Source: Promethearchaeota archaeon
Lineage (GTDB): Archaea > Asgardarchaeota > Thorarchaeia > Thorarchaeales > Thorarchaeaceae
Length of the DNA: 37,136 nucleotides
Reading direction: 5' to 3'
NCBI GenBank assembly: GCA_048939765.1
Contig: JBHLPF010000012.1
Location: forward strand, 41,351-78,486
In this document: positions 8,621 through 16,991 of the stretch, one piece after another
Layout of the letters: each line of letters opens with the position of its first letter
Position numbering within the stretch: the first letter of the stretch is position 1
Translations under genes and position numbers: made by a program
The notes under the pieces: model-generated
Databases searched by the model: none
What the model was told of the DNA's origin: nothing
The model's input: only the letters and a program-made list of their open reading frames with translations

Positions 8621-9604
8621 TTGTCTATGAATGCATACTTTATGATAGTGTTGTTGTCATTTGTCCTGTTCTTTGTGGTGTGGGCTCTCGGCTGGCTTCT
8701 TGAAACTCTTTCCAGCTTTGTCCTAAGCACTGCGCGCAATCCTGGCTCAAGGGCATGGTACATGCTCGTAGGTCCTGGAGTAGCACTGCATGAATCCTCT
8801 CATGCCTTGGGATGTGTCTTCACTAGAACAAAGATTGTGGAGTTCAAACCGATCAATGTGACAGTCGAAAAGGATAGAATCATTCTTGGGTATGTTCGAT
8901 ATGTCAATCCTGCAAGTTCCTTGAAGCGTGCTGTGATTAACCTCGCACCAGTTGCCGTGTCACTAGTCCTTCTCACTTTCTTCGCGCTTGCAGCAACCTA
9001 TCTTGTCCCCGGAACTCGTCTTGGAGGGCAGGCAATCGACTTATTGTACACGCTCATTGATATCAAGTCACAGCCAGCAGCACTTGCTGACTGGATGCTC
9101 CCAGTGGAGTTGATTGGAGGCTTCCTGTACAGTTTTCTCTATGCATTCTCAGGTCTTACTGTCATTAATCCATTATTCTGGATCATAGCTTTTCTTGCAA
9201 TGACGATAATGTTCAGTAATGCGCCCTCTGATGTTGACATAAGGAATGCTAAGAATGGTCTGATATTCATCGTTGTATTCAATCTCATCTGGCTTTGTGT
9301 AGCATATGTCTTTCCTTCAGCTGGCCTTGTTCTCCTAGGCTTTTACGAGCTTCTTGCCGTTATGTTTGCACTAGCTCTTGCATTTGCTGGACTTGGATAT
9401 GGCTTCTTTATTCTAGTAGCAGGTCTTGCGAGAATCAGATCTCCCCTACAAGCAGTCCCACTACTTGGTTGTCTTGGCACTGGTATCTCTTTATCCTATT
9501 TCGCGATTGGCACAGCAGCCTTTCAGACAGTTGCATCCATTGGTGTCCTAGTAGCTTTAATGTTTCTTCTTCTAGCGATAAGGAGCACTAGAGCATCCGG
9601 GTAG
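8621..9604 (+). CDS. Polytopic membrane protein, putative M50-like intramembrane zinc metalloprotease
   Basis: PGVALHESSHALG (HExxH in a hydrophobic segment), LGYV, I.LAP, NAPS..D and many TM helices. Confidence 0.7.
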   Translation: MSMNAYFMIVLLSFVLFFVVWALGWLLETLSSFVLSTARNPGSRAWYMLVGPGVALHESSHALGCVFTRTKIVEFKPINVTVEKDRIILGYVRYVNPASSLKRAVINLAPVAVSLVLLTFFALAATYLVPGTRLGGQAIDLLYTLIDIKSQPAALADWMLPVELIGGFLYSFLYAFSGLTVINPLFWIIAFLAMTIMFSNAPSDVDIRNAKNGLIFIVVFNLIWLCVAYVFPSAGLVLLGFYELLAVMFALALAFAGLGYGFFILVAGLARIRSPLQAVPLLGCLGTGISLSYFAIGTAAFQTVASIGVLVALMFLLLAIRSTRASG

Positions 9605-9660
9605 CCAGTTGCTCCAGACTCGGACAAATTTGGACAGGTGGTTATATAGCTTCGATTGGA

Positions 9661-9894
9661 CAATATGATGTAGAGTTGTTCAATGGCAAGAAGCAAGTCA
9701 ATGAACTAATTCTACGGTCGCCGTGAGTTGCGCGGAGACAGAAAACGCCTGTGGAGAGGACGCAAGACGTCATCGTAAATCCTCCGAGATTTGCGTGATG
9801 CTGCTTCGATGAATCAGGAACTGAACTTCGACACGGAATGTTATGTCCATGTGTGTGTAAGTTTCAGGCAACGGTAATACCTACTTCCATATTG
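9661..9894 (+). ncRNA. Putative structured non-coding or leader RNA, family unknown
   Basis: TTATATAG at 9642-9649. Long hairpin 9670-9715. Hairpins 9768-9800 and 9821-9867. Long-range pairing 9720-9731/9868-9875 and 9661-9667/9888-9894. No credible ORF. Confidence 0.6.
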
Positions 9895-9925
9895 CTTAGG
9901 TCATTCCTATACTTGGGTACAGAGT

Positions 9926-10273
9926 ATGACCAAGATACAAATCGTCAGAAGACCTTCTCTAATTAGCCCTCGGCATCTCCTGAGGTACGTGTTCTCAACC
10001 GAAATGCAGGTTGAACAGGCAGCCAAGATTCTCAACGAGATAGTGCAGAGTGATGGCGTTGTTATGGATTCAGACTGGCGTCGATTCGTATTATCTAGCC
10101 GCGGGCTATATGTGAAAGTGATGAGAAAGCTGAGAGACACAGGACTGGTTGAAAAACGAATGGGTGAGTTCAGGCTGGCAAGTGATTTCTCCAACTCACT
10201 TGGAAAGATGGCTGACTTTTGGACTCAGATTGTTGGTTCCTTCCAAGGTGGAGACAAGGCGATTGCATTCTAG
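9926..10273 (+). CDS. Small winged-helix protein
   Basis: LYVKVMRKLRDTGLVEKRMGEFRLASDFS: recognition helix plus wing. Confidence 0.7.
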   Translation: MTKIQIVRRPSLISPRHLLRYVFSTEMQVEQAAKILNEIVQSDGVVMDSDWRRFVLSSRGLYVKVMRKLRDTGLVEKRMGEFRLASDFSNSLGKMADFWTQIVGSFQGGDKAIAF

Positions 10274-10275
10274 GG

Positions 10276-11856
10276 CTACTCTACCTCGCCTTCCTTGATC
10301 TTCAGTTCTCTAAGCGTAGAAACTGCTTTGTCTCCCTTGATCTTCAACACTCCAAGCTTGTCATATTGGCGGACCCATTTCGTTACGAGCCCGACAGGCT
10401 GGGCTAGTGTCTTCGCAAGGTCTGCAATGGGGATCGAACCAACTTCATCAACCAGGATGAGTACCTTGGTGCTGGACTCCTGGTTCAGCACATTTATGTA
10501 TCTCTTCACACGCTCGTCTGAGATATCTCTCTGCTCTAGGGCGACATCTCGCTCCTTCTCCATGAGTCGAGTAGCTTTCTCAAAGGCCTCCTTCTGCATC
10601 TCTAATTTCGGTATCTTATCTTGGGTGGCCTTCAATTCTGCTTCCAGATCGTAGATCTGCTGCTCCATCTCCTTTATACCCTTGATTTTGTCTTGAATTG
10701 CATTCAGTTCGTCGAGTCTGGATTGGCTCTCCACTTCTGCTGATTCTCTTTCCTTCACCAGGCTCTCCGCTTGCCGCTGCAATTCCAGAATTTTCGCTTG
10801 GCTCGTATCAGCCTCAGCGCGTTTCTCTTCCAGCGCCTTATCAACCAGCGCCAGCTTTGCTTCTAATGCCTCATATTCCGCATCTGACTTGGTGCTCGCT
10901 GTCTTGGCTACTTCGGCCTCGCTTTTATATACCTCTAGCTGGCTCTCTGCCTCCTTGTATTTCAATCGGAGTTCGTTAGCCTCTGCTCGGACAGTATCAA
11001 GTTCATCCGTTCTGGCTTTGATGGAGGCATCTTTCTTCACAATGTCTTGCTTGAGAGCCTCTACCTTGTCATCATACTCCTTGAGCTTACGAGCCAACTC
11101 CTCCGTTGCGGCATCAGCTGTCTTCGTCTTGTCCACGATGCTCTGCAATGACTTAATCTCTCGCTCGAGCTTCGCTATCTCTGCATCTTTTTCAGCTAGA
11201 CCAGTCTGGAGTGACATCCCATCTTCCTCCAGAGTTGTCATGAAAGATCTCACAATATCCTGCTGCTCCACGATTGTGGTTCTCAAATCAAGTTCGGACT
11301 CACGCACTCTTTGAGCGAACTCCTTGAATCGCTGTTGAGTTTGCTCAACAATCTTGTCAACAAGGTCCTTCTCAAGCGCCGCGAATTCGTTGTCGACAAT
11401 GTCAACAAATGTAGCTTCAATGAAGCTCTTGAAGAACTTCATTCTCAGTCGCTCCACCATTTCTTCAGAGATTCGCGACTTGAGCTCGACTACTTTTCCC
11501 CTAAAGGTCAGAAGTTGGGCTGCAAATACTCCTACGACACCTCTCTGTAGTGATGAAATATCGGCTCGAAGATTCTCCAGCTTTCGAAGAAGCGCATCAA
11601 ATCCTGCAACGGCTTCTCCTGCATCAGCCGGACTCTCGCGTCCCTCCGGGATCTCCATACCTTCGACAAATTCCAATGCCACCGCTGCAGCAGAAAGAAG
11701 ATCATCACTAGAATCCACCGGCATCATGACTGGTTCAGAATCATCCAAGCCCTGTGCCATTCCCTGAATATGTACCTCATCTAGTGCGGCTTTTTTTAGC
11801 GATTCTTGGAGTTTCGCCTTTTCCTCATCCGTCAACTTCTCGTCGTCAGGAGACAT
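10276..11856 (-). CDS. Long coiled-coil protein with an acidic N-terminus and a C-terminal winged helix
   Basis: Roughly 370 aa of E/K/L/A heptads. C-terminal KVLILVDEVGSIPIADLAKTL...VTKWVRQYDKLGVLKIKGDKAV. No Walker A motif. Confidence 0.8.
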   Translation of the reverse strand: MSPDDEKLTDEEKAKLQESLKKAALDEVHIQGMAQGLDDSEPVMMPVDSSDDLLSAAAVALEFVEGMEIPEGRESPADAGEAVAGFDALLRKLENLRADISSLQRGVVGVFAAQLLTFRGKVVELKSRISEEMVERLRMKFFKSFIEATFVDIVDNEFAALEKDLVDKIVEQTQQRFKEFAQRVRESELDLRTTIVEQQDIVRSFMTTLEEDGMSLQTGLAEKDAEIAKLEREIKSLQSIVDKTKTADAATEELARKLKEYDDKVEALKQDIVKKDASIKARTDELDTVRAEANELRLKYKEAESQLEVYKSEAEVAKTASTKSDAEYEALEAKLALVDKALEEKRAEADTSQAKILELQRQAESLVKERESAEVESQSRLDELNAIQDKIKGIKEMEQQIYDLEAELKATQDKIPKLEMQKEAFEKATRLMEKERDVALEQRDISDERVKRYINVLNQESSTKVLILVDEVGSIPIADLAKTLAQPVGLVTKWVRQYDKLGVLKIKGDKAVSTLRELKIKEGEVE

Positions 11857-12184
11857 ATCTATCCCTCAGTGGCCGAGCAAATGATATGAGCAATACGTCA
11901 GGTATAAGGTTTGTGAGAACGTACTCGGAAAACGTATCCGGTTATTCAAACGCGCTAATTACAGAGAATCAAGGAGGCTACGTTTCTCGACGATTCTCTC
12001 CCGTACTTCTCAGTCTTCTCAACTCAGAGCAATCTATCGAGGGCTGTGGCAATCTCCCATTAATACGTAAGGTAGCACATCCTCTGACCAGGAAGTCGAG
12101 GAGATTTAGCCACCGAGAGACTTCTGCTTCTCTATTGAGCGTTCTAGTCCACGACTTCATCTGACACCGGGGTCGAAGATAACT

Positions 12185-12745
12185 CTAGGTTCTTGCGGCA
12201 TCAAGGAAGTATATGCCTGCGACTATGCCAGCCGCTATGTAGAAAATGCGATGCCAGTCAGTCCAGGCACTACCAGTGATCAACGGGACCAAAATGTTCA
12301 CAGCACCAAAAGCTAAGAACACCAAGGCAGCAACAATGGAAAACTGACTAAATTCCTCGCGAAGCAACCATGCAGAAATCCCTGCAGTGATCCAGCCCAG
12401 GCTTAAGACTATCCCGCCAACCAACGCGAAATATATGTACCAATCAGGATTAGGATCAGGCAGGCCAAGCAAGTAATGCACCAGGGGAACCATGATATCC
12501 CACACGATGATGCATATACCACTGACTAGCGGAATGATGTTCCCGCTCTTTCGCCATAGTCCCAAGAACCCTATACTGATTAGGATATTAGCCACGATAA
12601 GTATCGGCCAGAAATATGCATCAGGGATCCAGTCCGACCAGTCAACGCCGATAAACCGTCCAAGAGTTCCTGGAATGTATAATATTGCGATGATGAAACC
12701 GCTAATAGCACCGAGTACAAACGAAGCTTTTGTTCCATTACTCAA
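12185..12745 (-). CDS. Hypothetical membrane protein (about 6 TM helices)
   Basis: Hydrophobic helices. TTG start preceded by GAGGAG. Confidence 0.8.
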   Translation of the reverse strand: MSNGTKASFVLGAISGFIIAILYIPGTLGRFIGVDWSDWIPDAYFWPILIVANILISIGFLGLWRKSGNIIPLVSGICIIVWDIMVPLVHYLLGLPDPNPDWYIYFALVGGIVLSLGWITAGISAWLLREEFSQFSIVAALVFLAFGAVNILVPLITGSAWTDWHRIFYIAAGIVAGIYFLDAART

Positions 12746-12982
12746 TGATTCTCTCCTCTCCTAATAGTGTTGAAATACAAGAAATCACTGCGTTCTCTCA
12801 GACAGACTGAGAGAGAGTCTAGAAGCTGTGTCATAGATATGGCAACACTGTGAACGAGAGTATGCACGGAGCTTCGACAAAAGGTCTCCGGAGTTTCTAT
12901 TTATTCCTGAATGACTCGATAAATTGAATGAATGATGGAGATGGAGTAGGATGAAGCTTTTACATCACCAGAATAATACTGG

Positions 12983-14251
12983 TTGAATGAAAGCGCTTAT
13001 GAGAATCAGTTGAATCATCCAAAATTGATGAAAGCAAATTCCTCGACCCTCAGAGGACTGACGGTGGCAGTGCTTGGATTCAATGCAAGACCAATTGCGT
13101 GCTCAGCAACGAGAGCTGGAGCCAGAGTTATTGTATCTGATTATTGGGGCGATGAGGACCTAGAAGCTTGTGCATCAAAATGGACTGCCGTCCTAGAAGC
13201 TATACCTGGCAAGAGACAGAGGGCACCCTTGCAAAAGCGAGTTCATGCTAGCTTGGTTGAGAACCTGTTGGAATCTATTGACAATGAGGAAATCGACCAC
13301 CTATTTGTTGGGAGCGGCTTTGATGATAACACCAAATCACTAGCGGAATTGGAGAAGAAGATGCCTATTACTGGCAACTCGACGGCGCAGATGCAAAGAG
13401 CGCGAAATAGAACGGCAGTTGAGAAACTAGCTGAGAGCTACGGGCTTGAAATCCCCATGAGTCACCGGGCAAGAACATTGGATGAAGCCTACATGAGATG
13501 CGATGAGGTGGGCTATCCTTGTGTAATTCGTCCTCCTTCGACTGGGGGTGGAAGTGGAATATCTCTAGTTATGAATCCAAGTCAAGTGGAGGCGGCATGC
13601 TGGAGGCTAGAAGCTGAAATAGAGATTCCCGAGGTTATTGTCCAGCAATACATCTCTGGTGTTGACGGATCTGCATGTATTCTTTCAACAGGCGATAAGG
13701 CAACTGTTCTGTCGGTTCAGGGCCAGCTAATTGGAATGCCATCAGCGGGGAGGAATTGCGATTTCGTCTATTCCGGGAATTACATGCCTATGCGTCTTCC
13801 CAAGAACTTGAAACATCTAATCATTGAAAGTAGCAAGTCATTCGGCACGGATCTTCACCTCTCCGGCACCAATGGAATTGACTTTGTTGTGGACAAGAAG
13901 GGACGCGTCTGGTTTCTGGAAATCAATCCAAGGTTTCAAGGAACACTGGAGATGCTAGAACGGGCATCCAGCATTTCTGTGACTGAATTACACACTGATG
14001 CATGCGATGGGATTCTGCCATCAGAGCTGCCTTCGTTCATGCCCTGCATGAAACTTGTGATTTTCGCTCGACGAAGCGGAAGTGTTCCTGCTCTAAGCAA
14101 ATTCAACAACACTGTGGACCGCACGCCTCAAGGGGTACTTGTAGATAGGGGTGATCCTGTATGTACTATCATAGAAACCTCCTCCTCTCTCAAAGACTGC
14201 TATAGTCGCGTTCTATCGACCTCAAATGGTATACAAGGGGAAATCGCATGA
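12983..14251 (+). CDS. ATP-grasp domain protein (COG2232-like carboligase)
   Basis: R.IA.SA.RAG, DYWGD.DL, GSGFDD, GGGSGI, QQYISG, GIDFV, LEINPRFQGT. Start may be ATG 13028. Confidence 0.85.
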   Translation: MNESAYENQLNHPKLMKANSSTLRGLTVAVLGFNARPIACSATRAGARVIVSDYWGDEDLEACASKWTAVLEAIPGKRQRAPLQKRVHASLVENLLESIDNEEIDHLFVGSGFDDNTKSLAELEKKMPITGNSTAQMQRARNRTAVEKLAESYGLEIPMSHRARTLDEAYMRCDEVGYPCVIRPPSTGGGSGISLVMNPSQVEAACWRLEAEIEIPEVIVQQYISGVDGSACILSTGDKATVLSVQGQLIGMPSAGRNCDFVYSGNYMPMRLPKNLKHLIIESSKSFGTDLHLSGTNGIDFVVDKKGRVWFLEINPRFQGTLEMLERASSISVTELHTDACDGILPSELPSFMPCMKLVIFARRSGSVPALSKFNNTVDRTPQGVLVDRGDPVCTIIETSSSLKDCYSRVLSTSNGIQGEIA

Positions 14252-14339
14252 TTTCTCTTTGATTGAAGTCACCGATGGAGATTCAGCAAATGTATATCTG
14301 GATTAATGCACACTTGATACTCTGTAGAGGAGCCAGAAG

Positions 14340-15416
14340 GTGAGCCTCATGAGAGTATGTCCGAAGTGTAACAAATCAAATCTGCCCACACGCAAATACT
14401 GCATTCGCTGCGGCGCATCCCTAATAGTGCCGCCTAAGAAACGGGCAGTTGTTGATGATTCACCCAAGCCTGCCGTCCCTGAGCTTGGTCGGGTGACCAC
14501 AGGTGAAGATATGGCTCGCCAGGCAACTGAGTCTGCTGCTCCGCCCCCGACAACAGACGATAAATGGGTCAAGCCGAGCGAAGTTTCTCGTGATCGAGTA
14601 CGAGCTGCGCCAGGAGCTCATCGAAAGTCTGAGCTGGAGAAGGCCCGTGAGGCGTTTGCTAGAGCAGAGGACGTAGGAATAGACGAAGAAGGTACAGGAG
14701 TGATAGAGACTCGTATGCTTCGGGCAAGCGAGGTCAGAGAGCTGCTTGAGGCTACTCAGGCTGCTGCAGATGCACCAGCTCCAATGATGATGGAGGGCTC
14801 CGAATCCTTGACTCCTGAGGAGATGGAACTTATGCAGCCTACAATGCCGAAGGCTGAATCACTTGAGGAGCAGATACTCGGAAGTCACTCCGCTTTTGTT
14901 GCTTCGGAGGAACCAGAGAGTCCAGCACCTGAGAAGACTCTAGATAGCGATGTTTCTGCAGGGTTTACTTCCTCAAGATATGAAGAGGAAGATGGAGAGA
15001 TTGATTTTAGACTGCCTGGAGATATGCCCACAGTGACTGCAGAGACATTGACACCTACACCCACTCCCGCCACGGCTCCACCCACTCCTGCCCCAGCACC
15101 AACACCCACTCCTGCGCCTACGCAGGTGGAGGCAAAAGCTGTTGCTTCATCGGGAGAAGATGAGCTTGACTACGTAACCATCTGCCACAAATGCGGGGAG
15201 CCAACGAATATAGATCAGTTCGAGTATCCAGCAGAGGTCTATAGTGCAATGGGTGCTGCTCGATTGAAGCAGGCTCGGTTCTATGTAGTACAAGGCAAAC
15301 CGGACCAAGCCAAGGAGAGCCTTCGGATAGCAAGGAGTCTCTACAAAAAGGCTAGTGACGAGACCGGACTCCATGAGACCAAGAAGCTTATTGATTCTCT
15401 TGCGAGAGAGAGCTAG
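14340..15416 (+). CDS. Zinc-ribbon protein with an acidic/Pro-Thr disordered linker and a C-terminal TPR-like hairpin
   Basis: CPKC..CIRCG, TPTPTPATAPPTPAPAPTPTPAPT, CHKCG, G..DQAKESL..A..LY. Confidence 0.75.
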   Translation: MSLMRVCPKCNKSNLPTRKYCIRCGASLIVPPKKRAVVDDSPKPAVPELGRVTTGEDMARQATESAAPPPTTDDKWVKPSEVSRDRVRAAPGAHRKSELEKAREAFARAEDVGIDEEGTGVIETRMLRASEVRELLEATQAAADAPAPMMMEGSESLTPEEMELMQPTMPKAESLEEQILGSHSAFVASEEPESPAPEKTLDSDVSAGFTSSRYEEEDGEIDFRLPGDMPTVTAETLTPTPTPATAPPTPAPAPTPTPAPTQVEAKAVASSGEDELDYVTICHKCGEPTNIDQFEYPAEVYSAMGAARLKQARFYVVQGKPDQAKESLRIARSLYKKASDETGLHETKKLIDSLARES

Positions 15417-16258
15417 GCTTCCAACCAGAGCTGCGTGAACTTGGTTCGCTCATCAATGAATTTCTCTGGGTCCTTACACATCATGAGAAACTTGCCAGAA
15501 TAGCCTCTCTCCTTCAATTCTCGGAATATAGGCTGGAATTCTATCTCTCCTTCTCCAATCGGAAGGTGTTCATCATATTCTCTAGCAATGACCAAGAGCT
15601 CTTCGGGTGCAACTTCTCTCTTGAGTCTAAGGTCTCTGACTTTGCTCACCATTAGCGCGCCATGATTGTCATGCACATTCACAATGGCAATATGGTCGTA
15701 GAATGACTGGATCACATCTAGCGCTCGATTCCTGGTGGCCATTATTTGTCCGTGTCCCACGTCGAGCGCAATCATCATGTTAGGGCATCTCTCAAACAAA
15801 AGAGTAAGCTCAGTGTAATAGAGGCCGAGAGTTTCTACCGCAAGCTGTATTCCGCTTTCCTTCGCAGTATCACACAGGAGCGGCACCCACTCTAGAAATG
15901 CATCTATCTCTTCATCCTTATAGAACAGTGTGGATAATGCAGAATGCGTGGTGACTAGTTCAGCGCCAATCTCAGCACCAACGTCGATATAGGGCACTAT
16001 CTCTCTGGGGAAATCCATGGGCCTCCAGCATGGGTCGCTGGGGAGATGCAGAGTCGGCATAACGCCTGTATCCTCAAGAATTCTTCTTACTTCTCTGAAA
16101 TTCAGGCTGTAGTTCAGGTCCATTCGCAAATCAATGAAGTCGGGATTATGAGCAACTCCCTTCTTCACTTGGTCTATGTGTCTAGCGAAAGTGCCAATTT
16201 CCATGGAAGTCCACACAATCGATTCAAAGCGGCTGGCTTTTGTTAGTTTTGGTTCCAC
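15413..16258 (-). CDS. Sugar phosphate isomerase/epimerase (AP endonuclease 2 TIM-barrel) family
   Basis: TLHLP, LAVE, LDVGH, VHDN, DEHLPIGEGEI. Confidence 0.85.
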   Translation of the reverse strand: MEPKLTKASRFESIVWTSMEIGTFARHIDQVKKGVAHNPDFIDLRMDLNYSLNFREVRRILEDTGVMPTLHLPSDPCWRPMDFPREIVPYIDVGAEIGAELVTTHSALSTLFYKDEEIDAFLEWVPLLCDTAKESGIQLAVETLGLYYTELTLLFERCPNMMIALDVGHGQIMATRNRALDVIQSFYDHIAIVNVHDNHGALMVSKVRDLRLKREVAPEELLVIAREYDEHLPIGEGEIEFQPIFRELKERGYSGKFLMMCKDPEKFIDERTKFTQLWLEA

Positions 16259-16394
16259 CGTCTGGAATCTCTTCTCCCAGACAGATTAGTCATATTTATT
16301 GCTCAGGGAAGCATAGTCCCATCGAGCTGCGTAAGCGTTATATGACTCAATGAAGTCGGTTCGTAAATAGGCCTAGCCGTGGAGTGTAACAGAT

Positions 16395-16931
16395 CTGCCT
16401 GAAGACATCTCATACCTGTTCAAGCTTGTTTTTCTCGGAGAGGGAGCAGTGGGCAAAACAAGTCTAGTCGGCAGATATGTCTACGACTCATTTGAAGGCG
16501 ATTACCTGGCCACCATTGGCACAGACATTCATGTCAAGACTGTCCAGGTTGATGAAACCATGGTCAAGTTAGTCGTATGGGATATAGCTGGACAAGATGA
16601 TTTCGCTCAGCTTCGAAAGGCCTACTATCAGAACGCCTCAGGGTCCTTTTTTGTCTTTGACTGCACACGTCCAGAAACACTCGAAAGAATCGGGGAGTGG
16701 GTCGACGCTTTATACGGCGTGACAAAGACGATCCCATTAGTGCTTGTTGAGAACAAAATTGACCTACAATGCAAGATTGACCCTGCAAAAGTCGAGAAGA
16801 TAGTGAAGAAATATGGATTTACACATGTCCGCACCAGTGCGAAAGAAGACACAAATGTCGAAGAGGCATTCATACAAATGACACGGGAGATTCTCGAGAA
16901 GACAAAAGCCAGAGGTACAACTTCACTATGA
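16395..16931 (+). CDS. Rab-like small GTPase (probable CTG start)
   Basis: YLFKLVFLGEGAVGKTS (G1) begins upstream of the listed GTG 16449. Also TIG (G2), WDIAGQ (G3), YYQNA, NKID (G4), TSAK (G5). Confidence 0.92.
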   Translation: MPEDISYLFKLVFLGEGAVGKTSLVGRYVYDSFEGDYLATIGTDIHVKTVQVDETMVKLVVWDIAGQDDFAQLRKAYYQNASGSFFVFDCTRPETLERIGEWVDALYGVTKTIPLVLVENKIDLQCKIDPAKVEKIVKKYGFTHVRTSAKEDTNVEEAFIQMTREILEKTKARGTTSL

Positions 16932-16991
16932 CACTGTATGCATGCGGAAAGTTAACATATGAAATGTATAGTATTCAACGGGGAGTCCAGA

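Noticed and set aside
9683-9778. MARSKSMN*FYGRRELRGDRKRLWRGRKTSS*, a basic, histone-tail-like peptide
   Set aside because: In-frame TAA after 8 codons and no SD. The region is better explained as structured RNA, although an 8-codon uORF cannot be excluded.
9661-9894. Assignment as SRP RNA, RNase P RNA, glycine riboswitch or SECIS
   Set aside because: Lacks the SRP helix-8 motif, RNase P GAGGAAAGUCC/CR-V, glycine CCGAAG and proper SECIS geometry. Only short fragments match.
10276-11856. SMC/Rad50 or ESCRT-III call
   Set aside because: No Walker A/B, hinge or zinc hook. Much longer than Snf7 proteins and no recognisable signature.
15050-15120. ACACC/ACTCC-like short repeats
   Set aside because: Codon-level consequence of a Pro-Thr-Ala linker, not a CRISPR or DNA repeat.
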